Origin: Raja brachyura
Lineage: Eukaryota
Length of the DNA: 64,000 bases
Assembly (NCBI GenBank): GCA_963514005.1
Contig: OY740827.1
Coordinates: 3,286,001 to 3,350,000 of the forward strand
Direction of reading: 5' to 3'
Of this stretch, positions 1 through 11,154 are shown piece by piece. The notes beneath the pieces are model-generated. The model was not told the origin of the DNA and ran no database searches. It worked only from the letters and a program-made list of their open reading frames with translations. Position 1 is the first letter of the stretch. Each line of letters begins with the position of its first letter. Made by a program: the position numbers and the translations under genes.

Positions 1-619
1 GCTGATAGTCCACATATTCCTCTTGATATGGACCTTGTTGAACAGCTGCCTGGGGAATCACTGGGCCCTTAGACCCTTGTTTTATCAGAGTTGGGAGCAT
101 CTTCTCCATATTCTGCATCCTCCCCCACATTATTTTATTATCTGGAGGGGAGTCACATTCTTCTTCAGACTCGTCTGACAACACGGGTCTGATAGATTTT
201 CTTTTTGCCTTTCTATGACTATCGGTGGCCTCAGCCTCCTGAGTAACTGGAACTGGTGTGGAAAGTTCACTTTCTAATAAAACGGCTGTCGGTAAAACGG
301 CACCCAGTATCGGAACCGGCGTTGCTGCGCTAATCTCCCGACCCGATCGAATTAGTGAATCCGTGGACCCACGCTTAGAGCGAACTCTCCTACCTGACCG
401 CTCCATACCACCAACTCCTACTGACGTCTCGAGCCAGCTTTGCGGAGTTAAATACTCCCAGGCAAAGTTTTTAAAAAACCACTTACCTGCGAGTTTTCTA
501 CTTATTGCTGGTGGAGCTGCGCCCTCCAGCCTGTTCAGTGCGACATGCGTGGACATAAGGACGCGCATGCGCCTGGCGGGGCTTCTTCACGTAGTCACTC
601 ACATGACTCAGAAGTAAAA
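1..619 (-). mobile_element. DIRS-type tyrosine-recombinase retrotransposon, 5' terminal repeat plus start of gag (continues beyond window start)
   Basis: Reverse complement of 569-619 (TTTTACTTCTGAGTCATGTGAGTGACTACGTGAAGAAGCCCCGCC) matches the left end of the DIRS at 30221. The minus frame TPVPVTQEAEATDSHRKAKRKSIRPVLSDESEE resembles gag at 30434. Confidence 0.8.
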
Positions 620-696
620 TTAGTGGTCGAAGTTGGGCTGCATAGAAATATATCCTAAAATTTGGAAGTGCCATTCCATCTTTGTCCTTTGGCAAA
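620..696 (-). pseudogene. L1 ORF2 fragment downstream of RT, separated from the main L1 body by the Penelope insertion
   Basis: Translates PKDKDGMALPNFRIYFYAAQLRPL, the typical L1 'PKxxGGLxLPNF..Y..AAQL' motif. Same strand as the L1 at 2271-6354. Confidence 0.7.
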
Positions 697-733
697 GTTT
701 GGAGGAAATGGGAGGAGTCAAAAGAAACTCAGC

Positions 734-1947
734 TTTCTTTTGACTCCTCCCATTTCCTCCAAACACAAGGCGTAGCTATGGGCACACGCATGGGCCCTAG
801 CTACGCCTGCCTCATTGTCGGGCACGTCGAACAATCTTTGTTCTCGGCGTACCAGGGCCCCACCCCCGACCTTTACCTCCGTTACATTGACGACTGCTTT
901 GGTGTCACCTCCTGCACCCACGCAGAACTGACTGACTTCATCCATTTCACCACCAACTTCCATCCGGCACTCAAATATACTTGGACCATTTCTGACATTT
1001 CCCTACCATTCCTTGACCTCACCATCTCTATTGCAGGTGATACACTCCTGACTGACATCCACTACAAACCAACTGACTCCCACAGCTACCTGAACTACTC
1101 TTCCTCCCACCCTGCTTCCTGTAAGGACTCCATCCCCTATTCCCAATTCCTCCGTCTACGCCGCATCTGCTCCCAGGATGACGTGTTCCACACCAGGTCA
1201 TCGCAAATGTCCTCGTTCTTCAGAGAACGGGGTTTCCCCTCCCCCACTATAGATGAGGCTCGCACCAGGGTCTCCTCCATACCCCGCAACACTGCCCTCT
1301 CTCCCCATTCCCCCACTCACAACAAGGGCCGAGTCCCCCTGGTCCTCACCTTTCACCCCACCAGCCAGCGCATACAACAGATAGTCCTCCGCCAGTTTCG
1401 TCACCTCCAACGTGACCCCTCCACTCGCCACATCTTCCCATCTCCCCCCCTGTCTGCCTTCCGCAAAGACCGCTCCCTCCGCAACTCCCTCGTCAATTCT
1501 TCCCTTCCCTCCCGCTCCACTCCTTCCCCGGGCACTTTCCCTTGCAACCGCAAGAGATGCTACACTTGTCCCTTCACCTCCCCCATCCACTCCTTTCAGG
1601 GACCCAAGCAGTCATTCCAAGTCCGACAGAGGTTCACCTGCACCTCCTCCAACCTCATCTACTGCATCCGTTGCTCCAGATGCCAGCTGATCTACATCGG
1701 TGAGACCAAGCGGAGGCTGGGCGATCGTTTCGCCGAACACCTCCGCTCGATCCGCAATAACCAACCCGACCTCCCGGTGGCTCAGCACTTCAACTCCCCC
1801 TCCCACTGCGTATCCGACCTCTCGGTCCTGGGCCTCCTCCACGGCCAGAGTGATCAACACCGCAAGTTGGAGGAACAGCACCTCATATTCCGCTTGGGGA
1901 GTCTGCATCCTCTGGGCTTAAACATTGAATTTTCTCAATTCTGTTAA
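734..1947 (+). CDS. PLE reverse transcriptase / GIY-YIG endonuclease (N-terminally truncated, remainder uninterrupted)
   Basis: Motifs GVAMGTRMGPSYA, YLRYIDD, LPFLD, YKPTD; Cys linker CNRKRCYTC; NLIYCIRC..CQLIYIGET..R..EH; C-terminal GLN. Residues before 734 in the ORF track come from the inversion and the L1 flank. Confidence 0.88.
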
Positions 1948-2173
1948 CCCAGACTGCCTCCCCCCCACCTCTCCCTCAGCCCTCTGGCCCTGACATTCCT
2001 TCTCCATCTCCCCCCCCCCCCTCCCCAGTCGCACTAGCTTCTCATTTTCACACCACAAACAGCTTACAATGGCCTGCTTCCTTTGTCACCAATACTTTTT
2101 TGCATATCTTTCACTCATTGTTCTTTATCTCTCCACATCACTGTTTATATCTCTCGTTTCCCTGATCCCTGAC

Positions 2174-2210
2174 CAGTCTGAAGAAGGGTCTCGACCCGAA
2201 ACGTCGCCTA
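2174..2210 (+). ncRNA. Minimal hammerhead-ribozyme-like motif in PLE 3' UTR
   Basis: CTGAAGA-A-GGGTC-TC-GACCC-GAAA-CGTC: conserved CUGANGA/GAAA/UH core, stem II, and palindromic ACGU in place of helix III. Helix I is weak. Confidence 0.7.
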
Positions 2211-2270
2211 TCTCCTTCGCTCCTTAGATGCTGCTGCACCCGCTGAGTTTCTCCAGCTTTTTGTGTAACC

Positions 2271-4640
2271 ATTTTTCTACTATCCTTTCTTATGTTTTGG
2301 TTGATGTGATTATAATTGGCCCCATACAACGTTGATATATTTTTTGTTATATGTACCCCTAGGTATTTGATTGATTTTGAATCCCATTGAATATTATACT
2401 TTTGTTTGATTTCTTCTGGAGGAGGACAATTAAATAGGAGTGTTTGAGTTTTTGAAATATTCACTTTATATCCTGCATAAAAATTAAATTTCTCTATGAT
2501 CCTGATCATCCTTGGAAATGAGGTGTTTACTTCCGTGAGATACATCATTACATCTGCAAAAAGGCCAATTTTATGTTCTCTGTCTCTCATAGTTACTCCC
2601 CTCAGTTCCCTATCTTGACAAATTGCTTGAGCCAATGGTTCCATATATATAGCAAACAGGGCTAAGACAACATCCCTGTCTCATTCCTCTTCCTAACACA
2701 AATCTCTCAGTTAAGGACCCATTCACCTTTACTCTTGCAGTAGGTTGCTGGTAAATTGCTTTAATAACTTGAATTGAATCCTCGGGAAAGCCAAATCTTT
2801 CTAGTGTTTGATATAAGAATTCCCAATTAACCCATCAAAAGTCTTTTCAGGACAGCACACATACTTTCCTTTTGAATCTTGTGTATTATATGTTGGGTTC
2901 TTCTAATACTGTCCTGTGTTTGTCTGGCTATTATAAATCCAGTCTGGTCTTCATCAATTAAATCTGGCATGAACTTTTCAAATCGTTTGGAGATAATTGA
3001 AGAATATAATCTGTAGTCCACATTTAGAATTGATATCGGTCTGTAGTTGGTACAATTTTCCTTGTCTTTGTTCTCTTTGGGGATTAATGTTATAATTGCC
3101 TCTTTCCATGACGGGGGTGTCTTACCTTCTTTGATAATCCAGTTAAAGGTTCTCAGAAGAAGTGGGTTCAGCTCATTCCGAAATATTTTATACCATTCTA
3201 TAGGGAAACCGTCGCTGCCTGGGACCTTGTTTGATTTCATCCTACCAATTGTCTTCTCTATCTCCTCCAGTGATATTTCTGCTGTGATTATTTTATTTTG
3301 TGTCTCTCCAATACAGGGCAGATTTTTTTGTACTTAAAAAAAGTCCTCATTGATTCCCCATCTACTGTAGAGATTTGTGTATATCATTCTTTATAATATT
3401 CCTGGAAGATATATTCTATTTCTTTTGGATCACTCTTCAAATTCTGTGGACAGGGGTCCTTAATTTTGTGTATGTTGTTGTCAGCCTGTTGTTTGCGTAG
3501 CCTTCGGGCAAGTATTTTAGTGGATTTAGGGCCAAGCTCATAATGTGCCTGTTTTACAAATCTTGCTTTTTGCTCTCCACCTCTTGACCCAATATTCCAT
3601 CCATTTGTCCCCTCAAATCTTCTATTTGCTTATAAGTTCTCTGGTCCTTATTATTTTTGTACTTCCTTTCTAAATCCTTCAGGTCTGATATCAACTTATT
3701 ATATGTTTTCATTCTGGCCTTTTTAATATGTGATGCCCTAGCTATTAACCTACCTTGTATTACAGCCTTCAATGAGTCCCATGGTATGGACGGGTCCACC
3801 TCCCCATTGTCATTCTCCTCTAGATACGTTTTGATTTCCAATATAATATCATTAACAGTTGCTTTATCATTCAGTATTCCAACATTTAATTGCCACAGTG
3901 TGTTTTTCCTTCTACTGTCCATTTGAATTGTTAAGTATATGGAATTATGGTCTAATACATCTGCCACACCAATTCTGCAATCCGTTACCCTAGAACAGTC
4001 TTCTTTCTGCATTAAGAAATAGTCTATTCTGGAGTAAACTGAGTGCGGTATTGAGTAATGTGTATAGTCTCTTTCTAGAGGGTGAAAATTCCTCCAGACA
4101 TCAAGAAAACCAAATTCTTAACAGGTAATGTTTCGTAGTTTTGTTAACTGGTTATTATTCTTCTTTTTACTTGTCATATCGAGCCGATAATTCAGTACAA
4201 CATTCAGATCCCCCCCCACATATACAAATTCCTTCTGCTTCCATTGCAATATCAAATAGGGATTTGAAAAAATGTTTATCACTATATGGCGTAGCATAGA
4301 TATTCACCAGTCAGGATATTATTATCAACTTTACCCTTTACTATGATATACCTCCCTTCTTTGTATTTTATTTCTTAAAACATTTCGAATTTAACTGAGT
4401 TTGAAATCAAGATTGCCACTCCTCTTTTATGACTACAAGTTTGTGAGCTATAATATGTGTTTTTATATCCAAATCTTTTCAGCTTCTCATGCTCTTGTCG
4501 CGATAAATGGGTTTCTTGTAAGAAAATAATATGCATCTTCACTTTTTTCAATTTATTCATGACTTTAGCCCTCTTAATCGGATTACTCAAACCATTAACA
4601 TTTAGAGACATCAGCTTAAGTCCTTGACATTGCATCATTA
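2271..4640 (-). pseudogene. L1 ORF2 (endonuclease + RT), multiple frameshifts
   Basis: [40 protein letters not shown](D), IKYLGV motifs spread over several frames. Confidence 0.88.
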
Positions 4641-5167
4641 CACTTAATGTGATTGATTTCACTGTATCCCCTCAACTCAACACCAGAACCATTCTGAACA
4701 ACAAACTAAAACATATGAACAAACAAAAGTGTTTTACCTGGCAAAACAAAACATATATGGACTCCCAAAAAAGGGTATTCTCTCTCCTCCATCGATCCCA
4801 AATCCCTTTGTAAATTGACAGGGGGGAAGCCTAACACTAAGAAAGGGCCCTCTCCTAGACAAGGGGGGTACCCCTCTGTGGTCCCTCCATTCATTCTAGC
4901 TCTAATATTTCGTTAATCTCCCTAACAGTCGGATTTATCTGATACAGAAAGTTGTATTAAATCAACATTATTTACACTCACTTGAGGTCTGTGATGCTTG
5001 GTGATATTTTTAGAACCAGGCTTATAAACAGATTTGTCTATGAATATACATATCTATACACATATTTGTAAACTTAGGATTCCATAAGAACTCCGTATTC
5101 TAACATATTGTAGCGGAAGTCACTGTGTTATCCATGTCTATGCGTACCTTCATAATCATATCACAGT

Positions 5168-6251
5168 TCAAGCATGAGTCTTTTGTTGTAATGCTTGAAG
5201 GCGCTCCCATGCCCATCTGACTATCTCTGATTCTCCGTGTCTCTCGACGAGCTGCCGTCGTGCTGTTCGGTGGAGTTGTTCACGCAGTGGCGGTATGTCC
5301 GTGTCTCCCCGTGGCTCTTCCACTTTATAGCCTCTCTGTTGTAGCTCTCGCACGGCTTCCCTTGCGTTGTTGTAGGTTTGGTGTCGGCTTTCCCAGTGAA
5401 TACATATCTTGGTAAATGGTGTCTGAAAGCAGATTCCTTCCTCTTTTAGGATGCTTTTAACATGTTTGCATGCCTTACATTGTTGTACTACAGCGGTAGT
5501 ATAGTCATGGTCAAAAGACAGCATTCGTTCACCAAGTTGGATCTTCTTTTGCCATGCCTCTTTGAGAACCATCTCTTTAACTTTAAACTGGAGAAAGTGG
5601 ACAATTATGGATCTCGGAGGGGAGCTGGGGCTTGGTTTCTGTGCCACGGATCTGTGTGCTCGTTGAATCTGCAAATCTGTAATTTCTGGGATTGACATTT
5701 CACTTCTGAGCAGTTTCGCCACAAACTGAGGTACTGAGCTACCTTCCACACCCTCTGGCACACCGTATATCTGCAGATTATTTCTTTTGGATCTGGACTC
5801 GATCGTTCAATTTGTCGACAAATAACTTCTGGTCTTTCAGTGTTTCTTGGTGTATGGTGTTTGCAGCGACACTCCATGTTTCCAGCTCCACTATTCGGGT
5901 GGCGGCTTCTTGCGGTTTTTGTTCGTCTTGTATTGCTTGCGCATTCGCTGCCATCTGATGATTAATTTCAAGTTTAAGTTCGGCCACCTCTTCTCTCATA
6001 TCCTGCTTGAAATCGTCTTTGAATGATGTGAAGTCCGCTTTTAATTCTCTTTTCAAGTTGCTGATTTGTGTACTTACGCTTTTTAATCCCTCATGGAGGG
6101 CCTCTGTTGCATCATCTCCACCAGCCTGTTTGTTTTTGTCTTCGTCTGTGTCACTTCGGGCCTGACCTTCTGTTTCTTGCTTTTCTAGCATCTTTTCTTG
6201 CGACTTTCTGCTCTTTGTTTTGACTCCCCCACTCATACTGTACTCATTCAA
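5168..6251 (-). pseudogene. L1 ORF1 (coiled-coil/RRM/CTD), frameshifted near 5780
   Basis: Coiled-coil N-terminal half, then PEGVEG, IQRAHRS, PRSIIVHFL, FDHDY motifs. Confidence 0.85.
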
Positions 6252-6360
6252 ACTTAAATACTCGCTAACTTTGAATTTAGGGGAGGTTTATTTATCCGAC
6301 TGTATGGAGCTCTCTGTCTAATCAGCCACCATGCTCTGCCGCCTACCGGAAGTGTAACTT

Positions 6361-6519
6361 TATATTAAGGTCACTACAAACCTAAGAGGCTCGGAACTAG
6401 CATTATTTGTTAGTTTTAAGAAGCCGCACAATAAGGTTTCAGTTCAGACCATTTCCAGGTGGCTGAAACATGTCCTGGCAGATGCAGCAGTTGATACTGA
6501 TTACTTTAAAACTCACTCC
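6361..6519 (+). pseudogene. DIRS tyrosine recombinase fragment
   Basis: YIKVTTNLRGSELALFVSFKKPHNKVSVQTISRWLKHVLADAAVDTDYFKTHS aligns with the YR region at 34083-34240. Confidence 0.8.
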
Positions 6520-6689
6520 CGGATTCTTCCCGGCTGTTTCAGGCAACTGAACTGTCCTCTCGTCAACTAGAGAGCGGTTCTCATCTACCTCATTGGAGAC
6601 CCTCGGACTATCTTTGATCGGACATTACTGGGCTTATTGGACGTTAATGTATCCACTGACTTGGCCTCCACAGCCTTCTGGAGCAGATT

Positions 6690-7090
6690 TACGCCATTCG
6701 GCTCATCGAGTCTACTCTGCCATTCAATCATGGCTGATCGATCTCTCCCTCCTAACCCCACTCTCCTGCCTTCTCCCCATAACCCCTGACACCCGTACTA
6801 ATCGAGAATCTATCTATCTATCTCTGCCTTAAAAATATCCACTGACCTGACCTCCACTGCCGTCTGTGGCAAAGAATCCCACAGATTCACTCTGGCTAAA
6901 GAAATTCCTCCTCATCTACTTCCTAAAGGAACATCCTTTAATTCTGAGGCTGTGCCCCCTGGTCCTAGACTCTCCCACTAGTGGAAACATCCTCTCCACA
7001 TCCACTCTATCCAGGCCTTTCACTATTCTGTACGTTTCAATGAGGTGTCCCCCCCCTCATTCTTCTAAACTCCAGTGACTACAGGCCCAT
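6690..7090 (-). mobile_element. CR1-clade LINE 3' fragment
   Basis: Similar to the CR1 3' end at 62423-62900 (RTRGH, NFF, VWN-type motifs and 3' UTR). Confidence 0.7.
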
Positions 7091-7914
7091 ACTCCAAGGG
7101 GCATGAAGGGCCGAATGGCCTGTTTCTGCGCTGTATCTAAGAACTAACGTGAACTGAAACACACTAAACTTTTTTTCCTTATAACAGTGCCCAGAACTGA
7201 ACATAATACTTTACATGTGGCCTCACCAATGCCTATATCTTGCACTAAACGTTATTCCCTTTATCCTGTATCTGTACACCGAGGACAGCTCGATTGTAAT
7301 CATGTACAGTCTTTCCGCTGCCTGGATAGCACACAACAAGAAAGCTTTTCACTGTACCTCGGTACACGGGACAATAAACTAAACTGAATGGAAAGGGAAG
7401 GCAGGAATTATTGCCTCTATTAAGCCATCGTGCGTCTATCACCAACTATCTTGGGATTTCCGTGAGTCAATGAAGACTCCTAAAACATCACGGCTATGGT
7501 TGCCAATTTTCTCACTCCCAAATAAGGGACAAAAGGTCAAAATACGGGACAAATTCCCCACGGCAATTCGTTGGCCAACTCGGCCGTGGCTGGGTGAATG
7601 ATGAGTTGGCCCGGGTACTGGACTGCACACAAAGCCCAGCCGGCGGGCCAGCTGAGGAGTTTTTGCCCAGGGGCAAAGTTCGGCGCCCCGTCCAACTCGT
7701 GAACCAACGATCGGCCCAAGAGAAGGAGGGGTGGTGGTTGTGTCGGCGGTCAGCAAAGGTCCGAAGCTCGGACAGCTGATCGGCCTGCCGTCCGACCGAC
7801 CGACCGACGGGGCCACGGGCGAGGTGCTGCTGCCACTGCACTCCATGGGCTGCACTACATTGGGAACGGTGAAGCCACTCCCTAACACACTGGTGGGAAG
7901 CAACCAAGGAGAAC

Positions 7915-8757
7915 ATACAATACAATACAATACCGTTTATTGTCATTTGAACCTCATTGAGGTTCCAACGAAATTTAGTTTCTGCAGTCATACACACAAG
8001 AAAAGAACCAAGACACAACACAATTTACACAAACATCCATCACAGTGAAGCTCCTCCTCACTGTGATGGAAGGCAAAGTCTTATCTCTCCCCTGCACTCC
8101 CCATTCTCCTCCCGCTGTCAGAGTCAAAGCCCCCGGCGGGCGATGGTAAATAAGTCCCGCAGCAGTTAAGTCCGGGCCGGGCGATGAAAGGCCCCACTCC
8201 GGGTCTTGATGTTGGAGCCCCCAGCGGGCCCGAGCAAGTCCCACGGCCATTAAAGCCGCGCCGGGCGATGTAAGGCCCTGCTCTGGGTCATTTTCAATCC
8301 CGCAACTCGGGCGGGATAAGTTGCCGTTGCGGGAGCTCCGAAAAGCAGTCTCCCACCAGGGACCCACGAGCTCCCGATGTCACCGTCCACCGGCCTGCAG
8401 CTGGAGCCTCCAAATCTCCGGGGTCGGACAGCAGCAGCGCGTCACCACAGCATCTCCCGTTCCGAACTTGGCCAGCTCCATGATGGTAAGTAGCCCGCAG
8501 CTCCGCGACTGGAGCCCCAGGTCCGGTTGGAGGCCGCTTCATGGTGCTAGGCCCCAACGACAACGGAGACCCGACAGAGAAAAGGTCGGGTCCTCCGTAC
8601 AGGGAAAAGATTTTAAAAGTTTCCCCCACCCATCCCCCCACCCATACCCAGCTAAAAAAAAACACTGTGGCTACACTCAAAACGAGACAAAAAATTAAAA
8701 AAGACAGATGGACTGCAGAGGCCGCTGCGACGAGAGTCGCGCTGCCCACCGGAAAAT
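7915..8757 (-). mobile_element. Non-autonomous retroelement with GC-rich body and Rex1-like tail
   Basis: The minus strand ends ATGACAATAAA + (GTATT)n, like the Rex1 tail near 18170. Homologous to 37520-38220. Confidence 0.5.
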
Positions 8758-8789
8758 CAAGAGGTTCTTCATATTTATAGGGGTTCAGA

Positions 8790-9115
8790 GAGCAAGAGGG
8801 AGTTGTGTCAACTCCAGTAAGATTTGTAGCAACTGCTCCTTCTGAAGTCGAGAGGGGTGGATGTGAGGGAGGAATTTAGAGAGTTGAAGGGCCGGCAAAC
8901 TTGGCTCTTTACCTCCGAATCCTCCAAGATCATCTTCCGATCCAGGGTCCGACACGTGGAGCAGGATGAGACGTGCTCACGCTTCTTCTTCCATAAGGTT
9001 CACAGGAGGAGCTCTGTGATCAACACCCTTAGGGAGGAGGACGGCTTGGTAACATCCTTGCAGACGGACATGCTGGGGATCTGCACATCATTTTATATGG
9101 ATTTGTACGACAGAA
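8790..9115 (+). pseudogene. Tx1-clade LINE ORF2 fragment
   Basis: IIFRSRVRHVEQDETCSRFFF...FYxDLY linker typical of Tx1 ORF2. Confidence 0.7.
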
Positions 9116-9511
9116 ACATTATTGAATGTATTCATTATTGATTGCGGAAGTATTCATACCCCTTGAACTTTTCCACATTTTGTCACGTTACAACTACAAA
9201 CGTAAATGTATTTTATTGGGATTTTATGTGATAGACCAACACAAAGTGGCGCATAATTGTGAAGTGGAAGAAAAATGATACATGGTTTTCAAATTTTTTT
9301 ACAAATAAAAAACTGGAAAGTGTGGCGTGCAAAAGTATTCAGCCCCCTTTACTCCGATACCCGTAAATAAAACCCAGTGCAACCAATTTCCTTCAGAAGT
9401 CACCTAATTAGTAAAGAGTCCACTTGTGTGTATTCTAATCTCAGTATAAATACAGCTGTTCCGTGAAGGCCTCAGAGTTTTGTTAGAGAACATTAGTGAA
9501 CAAACAACATC

Positions 9512-10530
9512 ATGAAGCCCAAGGAACACGCCAGACAGGTCAGGGATAACGTTGTGGAGAAGTTTAAAGCAGGGTTAGGTTATAAAAAAAATCCCGAGCT
9601 TTGAACATCTCACGGAGCACTGTTCAATCCATCATCTGAAAATGGAAAGAGTATGGCACAACTGCAAACCTACCAAGACATGGCCGTCCACATAAACTGA
9701 CAGGCCAGGCAAGGAGAGCATTGATCAGAGAAGCAGCCAAGAGGCCCATGGTAACTCTGGAGGAGCTGCAGAGATCCACAGCTCAGGTAGGAGAATCTGT
9801 CCACAGGACAACTATTAGTCGTGCACTCCACAAATCGGGCCTTTATGGAAGAATGGCAAGAAGAAAGCCATTGTTGAAACAAAGCCATAAGAACTGCCGT
9901 TTGCAGTTTGCCACAAGCCATGTGGGGGGACACAGCAAACATTTGGAGGAAGGTGCTCTGGTCTGATGAGACCAAAATTGAAGTTTTTGGCCTAAATGCA
10001 AAACGCTATGTGTGGCGGAAAACTAACACTGCACATCACCCTGAACACACCATCCCCACTGTGAAACATGGCGGTGGCAGCATCATACTGTGGGAATGTT
10101 TTCTTCAGCAGCGACAGGGAAGCTAGTCAGAGTTGATGGGAAGATGGATGGAGCCAAATACAGGGCAATCTTGGAAGAAAACCTGTTAGAGTCTGCAAAA
10201 GACTTGAGACTGGGGTGGAGGTTCACCTTCCAGCAGGACAACGGCCCTAAACATACAGCTAGAGCTACAATGGAATGGTTTAGATCAAAGCATATTCATG
10301 TGTTAGTATGGCCTAGTCAAAGTCCAGACCTAAATCCAATTGAGAATCTCTGGCAAGACTTGAAAATTGCTGTTCACTGACGGTCTCCATCCAATCTGAC
10401 TGAGCTTGAGCGATTTTGCAAAGAAGAATGGGCAAAAATTTCAGTCTCGAGATGTGCAAAACTGGTAGAGACATACCCCAATTGACTTGCAGCTGTAATT
10501 GCAGCAAAAGGTGGTTCTACAAAGTATTGA
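9512..10530 (+). pseudogene. Tc1 DDE transposase, frameshifted and with stops
   Basis: MKPKEH start, [39 protein letters not shown], ends TKY*. Confidence 0.92.
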
Positions 10531-10724
10531 CTCGGGGGGGCTGAATACTTTTGCACGCCACACTTTTCAGTTTTTTATTTGTAATAAAATTTGGAAACTT
10601 TGTATCATTTTCCTTCCACTTCACAATTATGCCCCACTTTGTGTTGGTCTATCACATAAAATCCCAATAAAATACATTTACGTTTGTGGTTGTAACGTGA
10701 CAAAATGTGGAAAAGTTTAAGGGG

Positions 10725-11026
10725 TTCTTGGTTCTTCTTGGTTACTTAGTCCTCCAAAATATTCCAACTGGAATTTAAACTGGAGGTGGTGAAGGGAGGG
10801 GTTTAGCCAGAGAGGGTTATTGGGAAGAAAGTGCCACTTTAAATTTAGTTGCATCTGGCTGGGCAACCGTGGCTTGGTGGAGATTATTCCATGCTTTAAT
10901 AGTGCATGGAAAGAACGAATTGCTGTACACATCTGTCTTTGAGGCTGGGACCACAAATTGGATCGAATGCCCTCGTCTGCTCCTAATTGGTTTGGAGTTG
11001 GTGTCGGACTTGTGATCTATGTCTAG
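10725..11026 (-). mobile_element. CR1-group LINE 3' end inserted into the right Tc1 TIR
   Basis: Minus frame RSRRGHSIQF...NSFFPCTIKAWNNL with an (AAGAACC)-like tail. It splits AAGGGG|TATGAATAC of the TIR. Confidence 0.7.
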
Positions 11027-11154
11027 TATGAATACTTTTGCAAGCCACTGTACTTATAGCCTCTGAGAATGTTGGATGGAGTCTTGTAGGAATCATGTAT
11101 TGAAATTTAAAAAGGAACCTTTGAAAAGGACACAATTGTGACTTTTACAAAATA

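Larger units (their letters stand above)
697..2270 (+). mobile_element. Penelope-like element (probably Neptune clade), 5'-truncated with a short 5' inversion
   Basis: RT + GIY-YIG ORF. The 3' UTR ends in a hammerhead-like motif and a pLTR segment. Perfect 31-bp inverted repeat at the 5' junction. Confidence 0.92.
2271..6354 (-). mobile_element. L1-clade LINE, 5'-complete, degenerate
   Basis: 5' end CACTTCCGGTAGGCGG..ATGGTGG (ETS/YY1-like), followed by ORF1, a spacer and ORF2 with APE endonuclease and RT fragments. Confidence 0.9.
9142..11050 (+). mobile_element. Tc1-like DNA transposon with ~200-bp IR/DR-type terminal inverted repeats
   Basis: TIR at 9142-9346 is inverted at 10534-10724 plus 11027-11050, ending CACTG|TA. 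The left tip is eroded. Confidence 0.92.

Noticed and set aside
7496-7900. hAT-like terminus (TATGGTTGCCA..GGGACA repeats) with GC-rich interior
   Set aside because: Only one end is visible and there is no TSD, so it cannot be delimited or classified.
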